A stretch of DNA of 64,000 bases from Chloroflexota bacterium (GCA_028872875.1 JAGWOC010000009.1:1806-65805); one strand, 5' to 3'. Shown: positions 27,916 through 40,583, numbered from the stretch's first letter. Program-made: numbers and translations. Notes: generated from the sequence alone by a model not told the origin.

Positions 27916-28416
27916 ATGACGCACCTGACCGCCATGTTCCGCCATAACCTCTGGGCGAACCTGCGCCTCGTCGACGCCTGCGCCGCGCTCAACGAAGGGC
28001 AGCTTGCCGTCGCCGTCCCGGGCACCTACGGCGCCGCCCGCGACACGCTGGTGCACCTCGCGGGGGCCGAGTCTCGTTACGTGCTCGCGATGCGCGGCGT
28101 CTCCGCCGACGAGCTCACGCCCGATTCCACGCCGGTTTCCGAGGCCAGGGGCTTTCCCGGGATCGGGCCACTTCGCGCTGCGCTCGAAGCGTCCGGTGCG
28201 GCCTTCATCGAGCTCGCGCGCGCGACGGCCGAAGGCGCCGTCCTGCGCGGGCAGCGCGGCGGACACGCGTACGAGATGCCGGCGTCGGCCGTCCTGGTGC
28301 AGGCGATCAACCACGCGACCGAGCACCGCGCGCAGGTGACGGCGGCGATGACGCAGGCTGGCGTCGAGCCGCCCGTGCTCGATGCGTGGACGTGGGCGCA
28401 GGCGGGCGCGCCGTAG
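27916..28416 (+). CDS. DinB/DUF664-family protein
   Basis: HNLWAN, TLVHLAGAE, QAINHATEHRAQV His motifs; TTGACG-17-GACAAT promoter 7 nt upstream of ATG. Confidence 0.85.
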   Translation: MTHLTAMFRHNLWANLRLVDACAALNEGQLAVAVPGTYGAARDTLVHLAGAESRYVLAMRGVSADELTPDSTPVSEARGFPGIGPLRAALEASGAAFIELARATAEGAVLRGQRGGHAYEMPASAVLVQAINHATEHRAQVTAAMTQAGVEPPVLDAWTWAQAGAP

Positions 28417-29448
28417 TCAGTCCCCGTACGGGCGTCCGCCCGCGAGCCGCGCGGCGTACTGCCGCTCGTAGTACGCGCGATACTCTCCGGCCTTGATCCG
28501 CTCCCACCACCAGCGGTTGTCGGCGTACCAGCGCACCGTCGCCTCGATCGCCCGCGCGAAGTCGTACGAGGGCGCCCAGCCCAGGGCGCGCACCTTCGTC
28601 GCGTCCATCCAGTAGCACGGGTCATGTCCGGCGCGGTCGTCGACGAAGCGGATCAGGCCGTACGGCTTGTCCAGCAGGTCCAGGATCGCGCGCGCGACGT
28701 CGATGTTCGGCCGGTGGTTGTCGGCCTGGATGTTGTACGCCTCCCCCGGCTCGCCGCGCTCCAGGAGCAGCAGCAGCGCCCGCACGCAGTCCTCGACGTG
28801 CAGCCGGTCGCGTTCCTGCAGCCCCTCGCCATAGACGGGCAGCGGCTCGCCGTCGAGCGCGTTGGTCACGAACAGCGGCACGGCCTTCTCCGGGTGCTGG
28901 TACGGGCCGACGTTGTTCGCGGGCCGCGCGACGATCACCGGCATGCCGTAGGTCTCCGCGAAGGCCGCGCACATCAGGTCGCCTGCCGCCTTGCTCGCCG
29001 CGTACGGGCTGCGCGGCCGGAAGGCGTCGCCCTCGCGCCGCGGCTGCTCGCGCGTCGCCGGGCCGTACACCTCGTCGGTCGAGACGTGCAGCAGGCGCCC
29101 GACGCCGAGGTCGCGGGCCACGGCCAGCACGTTGTGCGCGCCGCGTACGTTCGTGTCGATGAAGTCCGCCGCATCCTCGATCGAGCGGTCGACGTGGGAC
29201 TCCGCGGCGAAGTTGACCGCCCCGTCGCAGCCGCGCATCGCGTCCAGGACGGCCGCGCGGTCGGCGACGCTGCCCCGCGCGAAGCGATAGCGCGGGCCGC
29301 CGGCGATGTCGCGCAGGTTGTCGAGGTTGCCGGCGTACGTCAGCGCGTCAAAGTTCACCACCTCGACGTCCGGCCGCTCGCGCAGCAGGTGGCGGATGAA
29401 GTTGCTGCCGATGAATCCCGCGCCGCCCGCGACGAAGACGCGTCGCAT
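28417..29448 (-). CDS. rfbB: dTDP-glucose 4,6-dehydratase
   Basis: GGAGFIGSNF, DALTYAGN, FAAESHVDRSI, HVSTDEVYG, SPYAASKA, DRAGHD. Confidence 0.95.
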   Translation of the reverse strand: MRRVFVAGGAGFIGSNFIRHLLRERPDVEVVNFDALTYAGNLDNLRDIAGGPRYRFARGSVADRAAVLDAMRGCDGAVNFAAESHVDRSIEDAADFIDTNVRGAHNVLAVARDLGVGRLLHVSTDEVYGPATREQPRREGDAFRPRSPYAASKAAGDLMCAAFAETYGMPVIVARPANNVGPYQHPEKAVPLFVTNALDGEPLPVYGEGLQERDRLHVEDCVRALLLLLERGEPGEAYNIQADNHRPNIDVARAILDLLDKPYGLIRFVDDRAGHDPCYWMDATKVRALGWAPSYDFARAIEATVRWYADNRWWWERIKAGEYRAYYERQYAARLAGGRPYGD

Positions 29449-30530
29449 CACGGCAGCCTCGCCCGGCTGTAGTCGCCCAGCACCAGCTCGTAGCCGCGTG
29501 GCTTCCGTCCGTCGCCCCTCAGCTCGACGTTGCGGCCGATCAGGCTGTTCTCGACCCGGTACGCGAGCTGCTCGATCACCGTGCCGTCCATCACGACGCT
29601 GCCGGCGACCTCGCTGTGGCTGACGACGCAGTGATGCCCCACCGACGTGAACGGGCCGATGTACGCGTCTTCGATCCGTGTGCCCTCGCCGATGATCGCC
29701 GGCCCGCTGATGACGCTGTCCCGCACCCGCGACCCTGGCTGCAGCACCACCCGGCCGTGCAGCTTGCACGCGCCGTCGATGACGCCGTGCTCGCGGTCGT
29801 CCGGCAGCGTCTCGAGGATGGCGCGGTTGGCCGCCAGCAGGTCATCGTGCTTGCCCGTGTCGATCCACTCCCCCTCCACGACCTCGGCGCGCACGTCGCA
29901 GCCGTCGTCGATGAGCCGCTGGATCGTGTCCGTGATCTCCAGCTCTCCGCGCGCCGACGGGGCGATGCGGCCGATCGCATCGAACACGCGTGGCGTGAAC
30001 ATGTAGATGCCGATCACCGCGAGGTCGCTCGGCGGCACTTCCGGCTTCTCGACGACGCGGACCAGCCGCTCGCCCTCGAACTCCGCGACGCCGAATGCGC
30101 GCGCGTCCGGCACCGGCTTCAGCAACACCGCCGCCTCCGCCGCCGAGGCGGCGAACGCCTCCACCTGCGGGGCGATGCCCCCCGTGATGAAGTTATCGCC
30201 CAGGAACGTCACGAACGGCGCATCGCCCATCGCCGCCCGCGCCAGGCCGATCGCCTGCGCGATGCCGCCCGGTTCCGCCTGGTCGATGTAGCCGATGCGT
30301 GCGCCGAAGCGCGACCCGTCGCCGACCGCTGCCCGCACCTGGTCCCCCGTCTCCGGCGACACGACGATGCTGATCTCGTCGATGCCGCACTGCCGCAGGT
30401 TCTCGATGGCGTAGAACAGGATCGGCTTGTTGGCGATCGGCACGAGCTGCTTGGCGCCCGTGAACGTCAGCGGCCGCAGCCGGCTCCCCTTGCCGCCGCT
30501 GAGCACCAGCCCCTTCATCCCCGTCTTCAT
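29448..30530 (-). CDS. rfbA: Glucose-1-phosphate thymidylyltransferase, long form
   Basis: LSGGKGSRLRPLT, KQLVPIANKP, LGDN, EKP, PSARGELEITD, WIDTGK, hexapeptide C-terminus. Confidence 0.93.
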   Translation of the reverse strand: MKTGMKGLVLSGGKGSRLRPLTFTGAKQLVPIANKPILFYAIENLRQCGIDEISIVVSPETGDQVRAAVGDGSRFGARIGYIDQAEPGGIAQAIGLARAAMGDAPFVTFLGDNFITGGIAPQVEAFAASAAEAAVLLKPVPDARAFGVAEFEGERLVRVVEKPEVPPSDLAVIGIYMFTPRVFDAIGRIAPSARGELEITDTIQRLIDDGCDVRAEVVEGEWIDTGKHDDLLAANRAILETLPDDREHGVIDGACKLHGRVVLQPGSRVRDSVISGPAIIGEGTRIEDAYIGPFTSVGHHCVVSHSEVAGSVVMDGTVIEQLAYRVENSLIGRNVELRGDGRKPRGYELVLGDYSRARLP

Positions 30531-30722
30531 GCCGGCGCATTCTAGCAGCCGGCGCGCGCACGGCACGCTCCGGCCTTTCTCAGCCGCCCTGTCTCAGCCT
30601 TCCTGTGTCAAACGGCACATCCGGCGTCCATTCCCGAAAGATCCGGGGGTTCCCCGATCGGCGGGGCGGGCGCTTCCCGCCAACAATCATCATGGCGGGA
30701 TGCGATGAGGCAGGAGGCAGGG

Positions 30723-31109
30723 ATGCCCGGCACCCACAGCGAACCAGAACTCGAAGCCGCCGCCGTCGAGGTCCTCCGCGCGCTCCAGAACGCGAGCGCC
30801 GGACAGGACGCCCATGCTCATGCCGCGGCGCGCGAGCGTGCCTGCGTGGCCTTCGCGCTCGACCGGTTCCGCGAGCAGCGCGTTGCCGCTGTCGCCGGTG
30901 AGGCGCGCGAACTCGCGCGGCTCACCCCGACGGCCGCGATCCTCGAACGCCACATCCAGCGCGCACGCGCCACCCTCACGGCCCTCGCGGTCCAGCGCGC
31001 GACGCCGGATGGGTCCGCTGTCCGACGTCCTCGTCCCGGGCGATCGCCTCAGCCCGACCCGCCGCCGGCGGCGCCGCTCCCGGACGACGCCGGCCTCGCC
31101 GCCGCCTGA
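30723..31109 (+). CDS. Hypothetical helical protein
   Basis: AGGAGG RBS, GC3-biased codons; no recognisable motif. Confidence 0.5.
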   Translation: MPGTHSEPELEAAAVEVLRALQNASAGQDAHAHAAARERACVAFALDRFREQRVAAVAGEARELARLTPTAAILERHIQRARATLTALAVQRATPDGSAVRRPRPGRSPQPDPPPAAPLPDDAGLAAA

Positions 31110-31472
31110 GCCCGGCTGCGCGCGCCGCGCCGCCTGCGCCCGGCCGTCGCCGCCCGGCCCGTCTATCCGGCGCGCCGCAAGGAGATCAGCCGCAGCGAAG
31201 GAGCTTCGGCTTCGTGGCCCGACGAGCGCACCTTCCGTTTTCTCACGTTGTCTGCGGGAGACGCACGCCAGGGCGCGTGCGGACGGGCGCCTTCGGCCTG
31301 TCAGCGGAGCCGGGTCCGCCGGCCCACAACGCGACATAACGCATCTACCCGGCCGCGAACCTCTCCGGTGGCCGCTCATCCGGTAACCGCGGCGCCGCGC
31401 TTGCCTGCGCGCCCCCTCGCCCCGTACAGTCACCCACGTCCCGAAGCAGCGGGGCGAGCAGAGGAGCAACCC

Positions 31473-32255
31473 ATGGATCTCCGCGGCAAGACGGCGATCG
31501 TCACCGGCTCGGCCGTCGGGGTCGGCAGGGCGACGGCGATCGACCTCGCGCGGCGCGGCGCCAACGTCGTCGTCAACTACGCGCACTCCGAGGACGAGGC
31601 GCGCGAGGCGCTCCGCCTCGTCGAGGCGCAGGGCGCGCGTGGCCTGCTCGTCCGGGCCGATGTCTCGCAGGACGACCAGGTGCAAGGGATGGTCCGCCAG
31701 GCCGTTGACGCCTTCGGCGGCCTCCACGTGCTCGTGAACAACGCCGCCATCACGCACTTCGTCCCCTTCCCCGATCTCGATGGCATGACGTCCGCGTACT
31801 GGGACGACATCTTCGCCGTCAACGTCAAGGGCGTCTTCTTCTGCTGCCGCGCCGCGGCGAAGGCGATGCGGGCCTGCATCCCCGCCGGCGAGCGCGGCGG
31901 CGCCATCGTCAACATCGCCTCCGTTGCCGGGGTGCGCTCCATCGGCAGCTCGCTGGCCTACGCGGCCTCCAAGGCCGCCGTGATCAACATGACGGTCGGC
32001 CTCGCGCGCGTGCTCGGCCCGGAGGTGCGCGTGAACGCTGTCGCCCCGGGCTTCATCGATACCCGCTGGCTGCGCAACGGCCTCGGCGAGCAGGTCTTCG
32101 AGGCCGCGCGGGCGCAGCAGAGCCGGGTGGCGCCTCTGAAGGCCGTCTGTACGCCGGAGTCCGTCTCGCAGCTCGTGCTGAGCCTGATCGAGGGCGCCGA
32201 CATGGTCACCGGCCAGACCGTCGTCATCGACGGCGGCGTGGGCATCGCCGGTTAA
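31473..32255 (+). CDS. Short-chain dehydrogenase/reductase (FabG-like)
   Basis: VTGSAVGVG, LVNNAA, YAASKAA, RVNAVAPG, TGQTVVIDGG. Confidence 0.92.
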   Translation: MDLRGKTAIVTGSAVGVGRATAIDLARRGANVVVNYAHSEDEAREALRLVEAQGARGLLVRADVSQDDQVQGMVRQAVDAFGGLHVLVNNAAITHFVPFPDLDGMTSAYWDDIFAVNVKGVFFCCRAAAKAMRACIPAGERGGAIVNIASVAGVRSIGSSLAYAASKAAVINMTVGLARVLGPEVRVNAVAPGFIDTRWLRNGLGEQVFEAARAQQSRVAPLKAVCTPESVSQLVLSLIEGADMVTGQTVVIDGGVGIAG

Positions 32256-32420
32256 TCGGCGCCGGTAGTGGGGCCGCGTCCTGGCCATGCGGCTCTTCGG
32301 CCTGCGAGATCCGCAACGCCCGCGGGCGCACCGTGGCGTCGCGATCTGCCACACTGATGCCGGCCCTGCCGCCGCTGCGCCGCACGGCTGCCGTTCAGCG
32401 CCAACGTCAAGGAGCGTGTC

Positions 32421-32666
32421 ATGGACGGATGGCAGTACAAGGTCGTGTACGTAGATTTCAGAGGCAGGATCTCATCGGAGGGTGTGGAGTACATCCGACA
32501 GGGCGGTGAACACCGCACCGGGTTCGTCCGCGGCTACCTCGACAAGCTGGGCGAGGAAGGCTGGGAACTGACCGGCTTACTCCCGCTCCTCCGGCCGGAG
32601 AGCAGCTACTTCATGCTCAAGCGCCCTGCGTCGAAGCAGGCGGGCGCCGCGGCGACGGAAGGTTAG
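32421..32666 (+). CDS. Small DUF4177-like protein
   Basis: WQYKVV...LDKLGEEGWEL...FMLKRP pattern; AAGGAG RBS. Confidence 0.75.
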   Translation: MDGWQYKVVYVDFRGRISSEGVEYIRQGGEHRTGFVRGYLDKLGEEGWELTGLLPLLRPESSYFMLKRPASKQAGAAATEG

Positions 32667-32785
32667 TCTCGATCCGGCGCTGAGGCAGCCGTAACGTCCG
32701 CGGCGGCAGGGCCGGTTGGACGACGCAAGAGAGGCGATGGCCCCCATTTCCGCCTGCTCCTCCCCGCGGCTACCATGACCCCGCA

Positions 32786-33106
32786 ATGATGGACCCGGAC
32801 GAACACACGGCCGAGCCAGTCGCCGACGAGGCCGATGACGAGGACGACGACGACGAGGACGAGGTCCCTGCCGAAGACGCCACGGCCGGCCCGCAGGTCC
32901 CGGCGTACATCGCGATCATCCGCATCATCGCCGTCCTCGGCATGGGGCTCTCGATCTCCTTCGGGCTCTTCATCATGCTGGTCGGCGTCAAGGGCGTGAT
33001 CATCGGCATCCCGATCATCCTGCTCTCGATCCCCTGCTACTACGGCATGCAGCTCGCGGAGCGGCTCGTCGCCCGGCACGAAGGGGCACCGCCGCCCGAC
33101 GCCTGA
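32786..33106 (+). CDS. Small membrane protein with acidic N-terminus
   Basis: D/E-rich stretch then two hydrophobic helices. Confidence 0.65.
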   Translation: MMDPDEHTAEPVADEADDEDDDDEDEVPAEDATAGPQVPAYIAIIRIIAVLGMGLSISFGLFIMLVGVKGVIIGIPIILLSIPCYYGMQLAERLVARHEGAPPPDA

Positions 33107-33121
33107 CCGCGCCCAGATTAC

Positions 33122-33149
33122 TTGACATCGTGCGCTCTATTCCTATACT
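33122..33149 (+). promoter_or_regulatory. Sigma70 promoter
   Basis: TTGACA-16 bp-TATACT. Confidence 0.65.
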
Positions 33150-33187
33150 CGAATCGACGGGCGGATCGTGCCGAAAGGAGCCTCGCG

Positions 33188-34261
33188 ATGGCCATCGACC
33201 AGGACGTGCTACACAGGGTGCAGACCAGTGAGCCGGAAGCGCCCGCGGTCGACCTGAGCTGGCTCAACGTCGAGAGCGAATGGGGGATGCGCGCGCGTCC
33301 CGGCAAGCGCGGCCTGACGCTCGACGAGGTGAACATTGGGTCCTACGGCCGCGTGCCGGCGCAGAGCGATGCGCAGGACGCGCGGCCGCGCGGCGCCGCC
33401 GCGCGCGATGGCGTCCCCCACACCGGCTACCACATCCGCGACGCGGGCAGCGTCTGGTCGCAGAACGCGACGATGCTCTACGAGGAGGCCGTGCAGCGCC
33501 AGTGGAGCAGCGCCACCGACATTCCCTGGCACGAGGTCACGCCCCTGCCGGACGAGATCGAATACGCGATGTGCCAGCTCTGTACGTTCCTGACCGAAGT
33601 AGAGTTCATCGCCGGCGACACGCCCTCGCAGTGGCTGCCGAAGATCTCGAACGACCACTTCGAGACGAAGCTGTTCCTCGCCAGCCAGATCATGGACGAG
33701 GCGCGCCACCTCGATGTCTTCCGCAAGCGTGCGCTCGTCAACGGCGGCGGCCTGCTGCAGTCCAGCCCCACATCCGGCCTGCGCACGATCATCAACGCGC
33801 GCGACTTCACCGAGATGTCGTCGATCATGCACGTGCAGGCGGAGGGCTTCGTCCAGAGCCTGTTCCGCATGGGTGAACTCGTCGCCAACAGCGACGTCGA
33901 GAAGCGCATGTTCCGGCTCTGCGCGCAGGACGAGTCGCGTCACCTCGGCTTCGGCGTGATGCACCTCAAGTACGTGCTCGAGACCGAGCCCGAGCGCCGC
34001 GAGGAGATCCACGGATACTTCGACACGGCCGAGAACGCCGACCCGCAGACCGGCACCTTCGGCCCGGCCGTCGCCGAGGCGCTCATCCTGCTGCTCGGGA
34101 AGGGCAAGGCGAACTTCGATGACGGCTTCAGCAAGTTCCTGGCGCTGCAGAAGCGGCAGGCCAACGAGTACATGCACCGCCTGACGGTGGCCGGGCTCGG
34201 CGACCGCCGCGAGCGCATGGACCCGAACATGCGCGTCTTCCTCGACCCGCCGCGGAACTGA
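33188..34261 (+). CDS. Ferritin-like di-iron carboxylate protein (oxygenase-like)
   Basis: Ligand pattern EVE..DEARH..AEG..DESRH; QRQW..DIPW; AAGGAG RBS. Confidence 0.82.
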   Translation: MAIDQDVLHRVQTSEPEAPAVDLSWLNVESEWGMRARPGKRGLTLDEVNIGSYGRVPAQSDAQDARPRGAAARDGVPHTGYHIRDAGSVWSQNATMLYEEAVQRQWSSATDIPWHEVTPLPDEIEYAMCQLCTFLTEVEFIAGDTPSQWLPKISNDHFETKLFLASQIMDEARHLDVFRKRALVNGGGLLQSSPTSGLRTIINARDFTEMSSIMHVQAEGFVQSLFRMGELVANSDVEKRMFRLCAQDESRHLGFGVMHLKYVLETEPERREEIHGYFDTAENADPQTGTFGPAVAEALILLLGKGKANFDDGFSKFLALQKRQANEYMHRLTVAGLGDRRERMDPNMRVFLDPPRN

Positions 34262-34408
34262 CCGCGCGCGCGGCTATCGGCGGAGCGCGGAAGCGGCGCG
34301 CCGTACCGCGGAGCGCGACCACGGTGATTCGTCTGATCCTGGCCGAGGCCGCCGCAGGGGGATCTGAAGCTCCGCAGCTACGTCCCTGGCAGGCCGACCG
34401 AGATGCCA

Positions 34409-34433
34409 GAAGGCCCGCGATGCGCGGGCCTTC
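34409..34433. terminator. Hairpin between convergent genes
   Basis: GAAGGCCCGCG-atg-CGCGGGCCTTC perfect 11-bp stem. Confidence 0.65.
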
Positions 34434-34454
34434 GGATGCTCCGCGCTGCTGCTC

Positions 34455-35912
34455 CTACACGAACACCATCGTCTTCGCCTTCTCCGGGCGCTCGGCGGCG
34501 CCCGTCTCGACCGCGGCGTGCGCGACGTCGCGCGCGACGGCCTTGAAGACGTTGGGATGGAAGACGCTCGGGATGATGTACTCGGGCCCCAGCTCGCCCT
34601 TCCCGACGGCCGCCGCGATCGCTTCGGCCGCGGCGAGCTTCATCGCCTCGTTGATTTCCCGCGCGCGCACGTCGAGCACGCCGCGGAAGAGGCCGGGGAA
34701 GCAGAGGACGTTGTTGATCTGGTTCGGGTAGTCGGAGCGTCCGGTCGCCATCACCCGCACGTAGCCGTCGGCTTCCTCGGGCATGATCTCGGGCGTCGGG
34801 TTGGCCATGGCGAAGATGATCGGGTCACGGTTCATCTTCTTCACATCTTCGACCGTGAGCATCTTCGGCGCTGACACGCCGAGGAAGAGGTCCGCGCCTT
34901 CGATCGCGTCGCTGAGCGAGCCGCTGACGCACTCCTGGTTCGTGTTGTCCGCGAACCAGTCCTTCATGAAGTTCATGCCCTCGCCGCGGCCCTTGTAGAT
35001 GATCCCGGAGCGGTCGCAGCCGATGACGTTCTTGACGCCGGCCGACATCAGGATCTTCGTGCAGGCCACGCCGGCAGCGCCGACGCCGGACACCACAACC
35101 TTCAGGTCCTGCGGCTCCTTCTTGACGATCTTCAGCGCGTTGAGCAACGCCGCCAGCACGACGACCGCCGTCCCGTGCTGGTCGTCGTGGAAGACCGGGA
35201 TGTCCAGCTCCTGCTTCAACCGCTCCTCGATCTGGAAGCAGCGTGGCGCGGAGATGTCCTCCAGGTTGATGCCACCGAAGCCGGGCGAGATCTTCTTGAC
35301 GATGTTCACGATCTCGTCCGGGTCCTTCGTGTCGAGGCAGATCGGCCAGGCATCGACGCCGCCGAACGTCTTGAAGAGCATGGCCTTGCCCTCCATCACC
35401 GGCATCGCCGCCTTCGGGCCGAGGTCGCCGAGTCCCAGGATGGCCGTGCCGTCCGTCACGACGGCCACGGTGTTCCCCTTGATCGTGAGCGACCAGACCG
35501 CCTCGGGCTCCCGGTCGATCGCCAGGCAGACGCGCGCGACGCCCGGCGTGTAGACGACGGAGAGGTCGCGGCGGCTCGTCACCGGCACCTTGTTGCGGAT
35601 CTCGATCTTGCCGCCCTTATGGGTGAGGAAGACCCGGTCCTGGACGCTGCGTACGGTGACGCCCCTGGTCGCCTTGACGTGCGCGACGATCTCCTGCGCG
35701 TGGTCGCTGTCGCGCGCCTGCACGCTGATCTCCCGCAGCATCGTCGTCCCGGTCGAGCGCACGACGTCAATGTCGCCGATATTGCCGCCGCAGTCGCCGA
35801 CCGCCGCGGCGATCTGTGCGAGCATGCCGGGCTTGTTCGGGTACTGCGCCTGGAAGCTGAAGGTGTAGGTCGCGGTGGGGTGGGTCCCGTTGCGGGCGGT
35901 TCGGCGTGCCAT
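34455..35912 (-). CDS. NAD(P)-dependent malic enzyme with N-terminal ACT domain
   Basis: YTPGVA, VTDGTAILGLG, PVMEGK, INLEDI, FHDDQHGT, GVGAAG, TGRSDYPNQINN. Confidence 0.93.
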   Translation of the reverse strand: MARRTARNGTHPTATYTFSFQAQYPNKPGMLAQIAAAVGDCGGNIGDIDVVRSTGTTMLREISVQARDSDHAQEIVAHVKATRGVTVRSVQDRVFLTHKGGKIEIRNKVPVTSRRDLSVVYTPGVARVCLAIDREPEAVWSLTIKGNTVAVVTDGTAILGLGDLGPKAAMPVMEGKAMLFKTFGGVDAWPICLDTKDPDEIVNIVKKISPGFGGINLEDISAPRCFQIEERLKQELDIPVFHDDQHGTAVVVLAALLNALKIVKKEPQDLKVVVSGVGAAGVACTKILMSAGVKNVIGCDRSGIIYKGRGEGMNFMKDWFADNTNQECVSGSLSDAIEGADLFLGVSAPKMLTVEDVKKMNRDPIIFAMANPTPEIMPEEADGYVRVMATGRSDYPNQINNVLCFPGLFRGVLDVRAREINEAMKLAAAEAIAAAVGKGELGPEYIIPSVFHPNVFKAVARDVAHAAVETGAAERPEKAKTMVFV

Positions 35913-36168
35913 GGCCGTCTCCTCTGTTTCCACCGGTGCTGGTGAACGGACAGTATTCTAGGCCGCGCACAGGCTTACGGCCAGTTCCGATCGTCCTGAT
36001 TTGCGGGCGCTGACCGCGCTGGCGGTCCCGGTCCGTTCGGCCGTCCGGCCGCCGACCACACACACGGCCCGCACACCGCCGCTCGGGCTCGGTGGCGGCG
36101 ATGACAGCGTCGCTGCCCAGTCAGGGAGTGACAGATTCACCGGCCAAGACCAATACAGCTACACCTGC

Positions 36169-36197
36169 TTGACACGGCCGGTGCTCGTTGCTAGCAT
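36169..36197 (+). promoter_or_regulatory. Promoter of the str/S10 supercluster
   Basis: TTGACA-17 bp-TAGCAT with TG extension. Confidence 0.7.
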
Positions 36198-36466
36198 GCC
36201 GCGTGCGCCTGACGATCCCTCAGGTTCATTGACGCCAGCATCACATACAGGTCGGAAGACCCCAACGTGACAACGGCCGGCATACAGTGGCCCGCGGCCC
36301 GCGCGAGCGGGGGCGCCGGACACGCCGGACTGGCTCAGCAATAAGGCTCCGGCCTTTCGCGCGCCCGGCGGAAGGGCAGGCGCGCACGGCTGGCAACGCA
36401 CGGGAAGCGCGGGCCGCTCCAGCCGGAGACGGCGGGGTCCGCCCGCAGTGGAAGCAGGATCGCACG

Positions 36467-36877
36467 GTGCCGACGATCAGCCAACTGGTCCGGAAGGGCC
36501 GCAAGAAGGTCACAAAGAAGACGAAGGCGCCGGCGCTGCGCTTTACGTTCAACTCGCTGAAGAACCGTACCGTGCGCGGCAAGGGCTCCCCGCAAAAGCG
36601 CGGCGTCTGCACGCAGGTGCGCACGATGACGCCGAAGAAGCCGAACTCGGCGCTCCGCAAGATCGCGCGCGTCCGGCTGACGAACGGCATCGAGGTGACG
36701 GCGTACATCCCGGGCGAGGGCCACTCGCTCCAGGAGCACTCGGTGGTGCTGATCCGCGGCGGCCGCGTCAAGGATCTGCCAGGCGTGCGGTACCACATCA
36801 TCAGAGGCGCGCTCGACGCCCAGGGCGTCGCGAACCGCAAGCGCGGGCGCAGCAAGTACGGGACGCGGAAGGCGTAG
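36467..36877 (+). CDS. rpsL: 30S ribosomal protein S12
   Basis: [34 protein letters not shown]. Confidence 0.98.
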   Translation: MPTISQLVRKGRKKVTKKTKAPALRFTFNSLKNRTVRGKGSPQKRGVCTQVRTMTPKKPNSALRKIARVRLTNGIEVTAYIPGEGHSLQEHSVVLIRGGRVKDLPGVRYHIIRGALDAQGVANRKRGRSKYGTRKA

Positions 36878-36889
36878 GCGGAGCGGATC

Positions 36890-37360
36890 ATGCCGAGACG
36901 GTCAAAGGCCGAGAAGCGCGAGATCCTGCCGGACCAGCGGTACAACAGCCGCATCGTCACCATGTTCGTCAACAAGATCATGGAGCGCGGCAAGAAGAGC
37001 ACTGCCGAGCGGATCATGTACGACGCGCTCGGGCGTGTCGAGACGCAGACGCACAAGAACCCGATCGACACGTTCGAGATCGCGATGCGCAACGCGACCC
37101 CGACGATCGAAGTGAAGCCGCGGCGCGTCGGCGGCGCCACCTACCAGGTGCCGGTCGACATCCGGGCGGAGCGGCGCACGGCACTGGCGATCCGCTGGCT
37201 CCTGCGCTCGGCGCGCGCGCGCAGCGGCCGGTCCATGGCGGACCGTCTCGCGGCGGAGCTGATGGACGCCGCCGGCGGCCAGGGCGCCACCATCAAGCGT
37301 AAGGAAGATACCCACCGCATGGCGGAGGCGAACCGCGCCTTTATCCACTATCGGTGGTAG
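36890..37360 (+). CDS. rpsG: 30S ribosomal protein S7
   Basis: EVKPRRVGGATYQVP, HRMAEANRAF. Confidence 0.98.
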   Translation: MPRRSKAEKREILPDQRYNSRIVTMFVNKIMERGKKSTAERIMYDALGRVETQTHKNPIDTFEIAMRNATPTIEVKPRRVGGATYQVPVDIRAERRTALAIRWLLRSARARSGRSMADRLAAELMDAAGGQGATIKRKEDTHRMAEANRAFIHYRW

Positions 37361-37480
37361 CCCGACGCCCGCGTTGAGCGGAGACACCGCCGGCGACCGA
37401 GGTCACCGGCGGTCCATTTTGCCGGCGCACCCGCGCCGGGGGGGCGCCGGACGGACAGGACAGGGATAGCAGACTGGGAC

Positions 37481-39574
<2,094 letters not shown>

Positions 39575-39628
39575 GCGGCTGAGGCGCCGCAACGGGCAGG
39601 CCGTCGCGGACCGGAGAAGGCAGAGCAT

Positions 39629-39937
39629 ATGGCAAGGCAGAAGATCCGGATCAGGCTCAAGGCCTACGACCACCGCATCCTCGACCAGTCGGCCGAGCAG
39701 ATCGTCGAGGCGGCGGAGCGCACCGGCGCGGCTGTCGCAGGGCCGATCCCGCTGCCGACGGAGATCAGGAAGTTCTGCGTCATCCGGTCGCCGTTCGTGC
39801 ACAAGGACTCGCAGGAGCAGTTCGAGATCCGCACGCACAAGCGGCTGATCGACATCCTCGAACCGACGTCGAAGACCGTGGATACGCTGATGCGCCTCCA
39901 GCTCCCTTCGGGCGTCGATATCGAGATCAAGTTGTAG
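39629..39937 (+). CDS. rpsJ: 30S ribosomal protein S10
   Basis: [28 protein letters not shown]. Confidence 0.98.
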   Translation: MARQKIRIRLKAYDHRILDQSAEQIVEAAERTGAAVAGPIPLPTEIRKFCVIRSPFVHKDSQEQFEIRTHKRLIDILEPTSKTVDTLMRLQLPSGVDIEIKL

Positions 39938-39947
39938 AGGACGGGCG

Positions 39948-40583
39948 ATGCCACTCGAAGGACTGCTCGGGCGCAAACTGGGCATGACGCAGGTGTTCGA
40001 CAAGGAGGGCCGCATCCACGCGGTCACCGTCGTCGAGGCGGGTCCGGTCGTGGTGACGCAGGTGAAGAGCGTCGAGAAGGAGGGCTACGCCGCGGTCCAG
40101 GTGGGCTACGGCGTGCGCAAGCGGCTGAACAAGCCCATGCGGGGCCACCTGAAGAAGCTGGGCGACTTCCGCCTCCTGCGCGAGTTCCGCGCCGCCGCTG
40201 ACGACGCCTACAGCATCGGGGACAAGGTGGGCCTGGAGTTGTTCGCCGAGGGCGACCTCGTCGATGTCGTCGGCGTATCGCGCGGGCGCGGCTTTGCGGG
40301 CGGCGTGCGGCGCTGGAACTTCCGCGGCGGTCCCAAGACGCATGGCCAGTCGGACCGGCATCGCGCGCCGGGCTCCATCGGCTCCGGCACGACGCCCGGG
40401 CGCGTGTACAAGGGCCAGCACATGGCGGGCCACATGGGCGCGGTGCAGGTGACCTCGAAGAACCTGCGCGTGATCGCCAAGGACGAAGCAAAAGGCCTGC
40501 TCCTGATCGAAGGGGCCGTGCCCGGCGCGACGAACGGCACCGTGCGCGTCCGCCGCGCGAAGAAGCAGGGCAAGAAGAAGTGA
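39948..40583 (+). CDS. rplC: 50S ribosomal protein L3
   Basis: [22 protein letters not shown]. Confidence 0.97.
   Translation: MPLEGLLGRKLGMTQVFDKEGRIHAVTVVEAGPVVVTQVKSVEKEGYAAVQVGYGVRKRLNKPMRGHLKKLGDFRLLREFRAAADDAYSIGDKVGLELFAEGDLVDVVGVSRGRGFAGGVRRWNFRGGPKTHGQSDRHRAPGSIGSGTTPGRVYKGQHMAGHMGAVQVTSKNLRVIAKDEAKGLLLIEGAVPGATNGTVRVRRAKKQGKKK

Noticed and set aside
30578-30599. TCTCAGCC direct repeat as a response-regulator site
   Set aside because: 14-bp period does not fit helical phasing and there are only two copies
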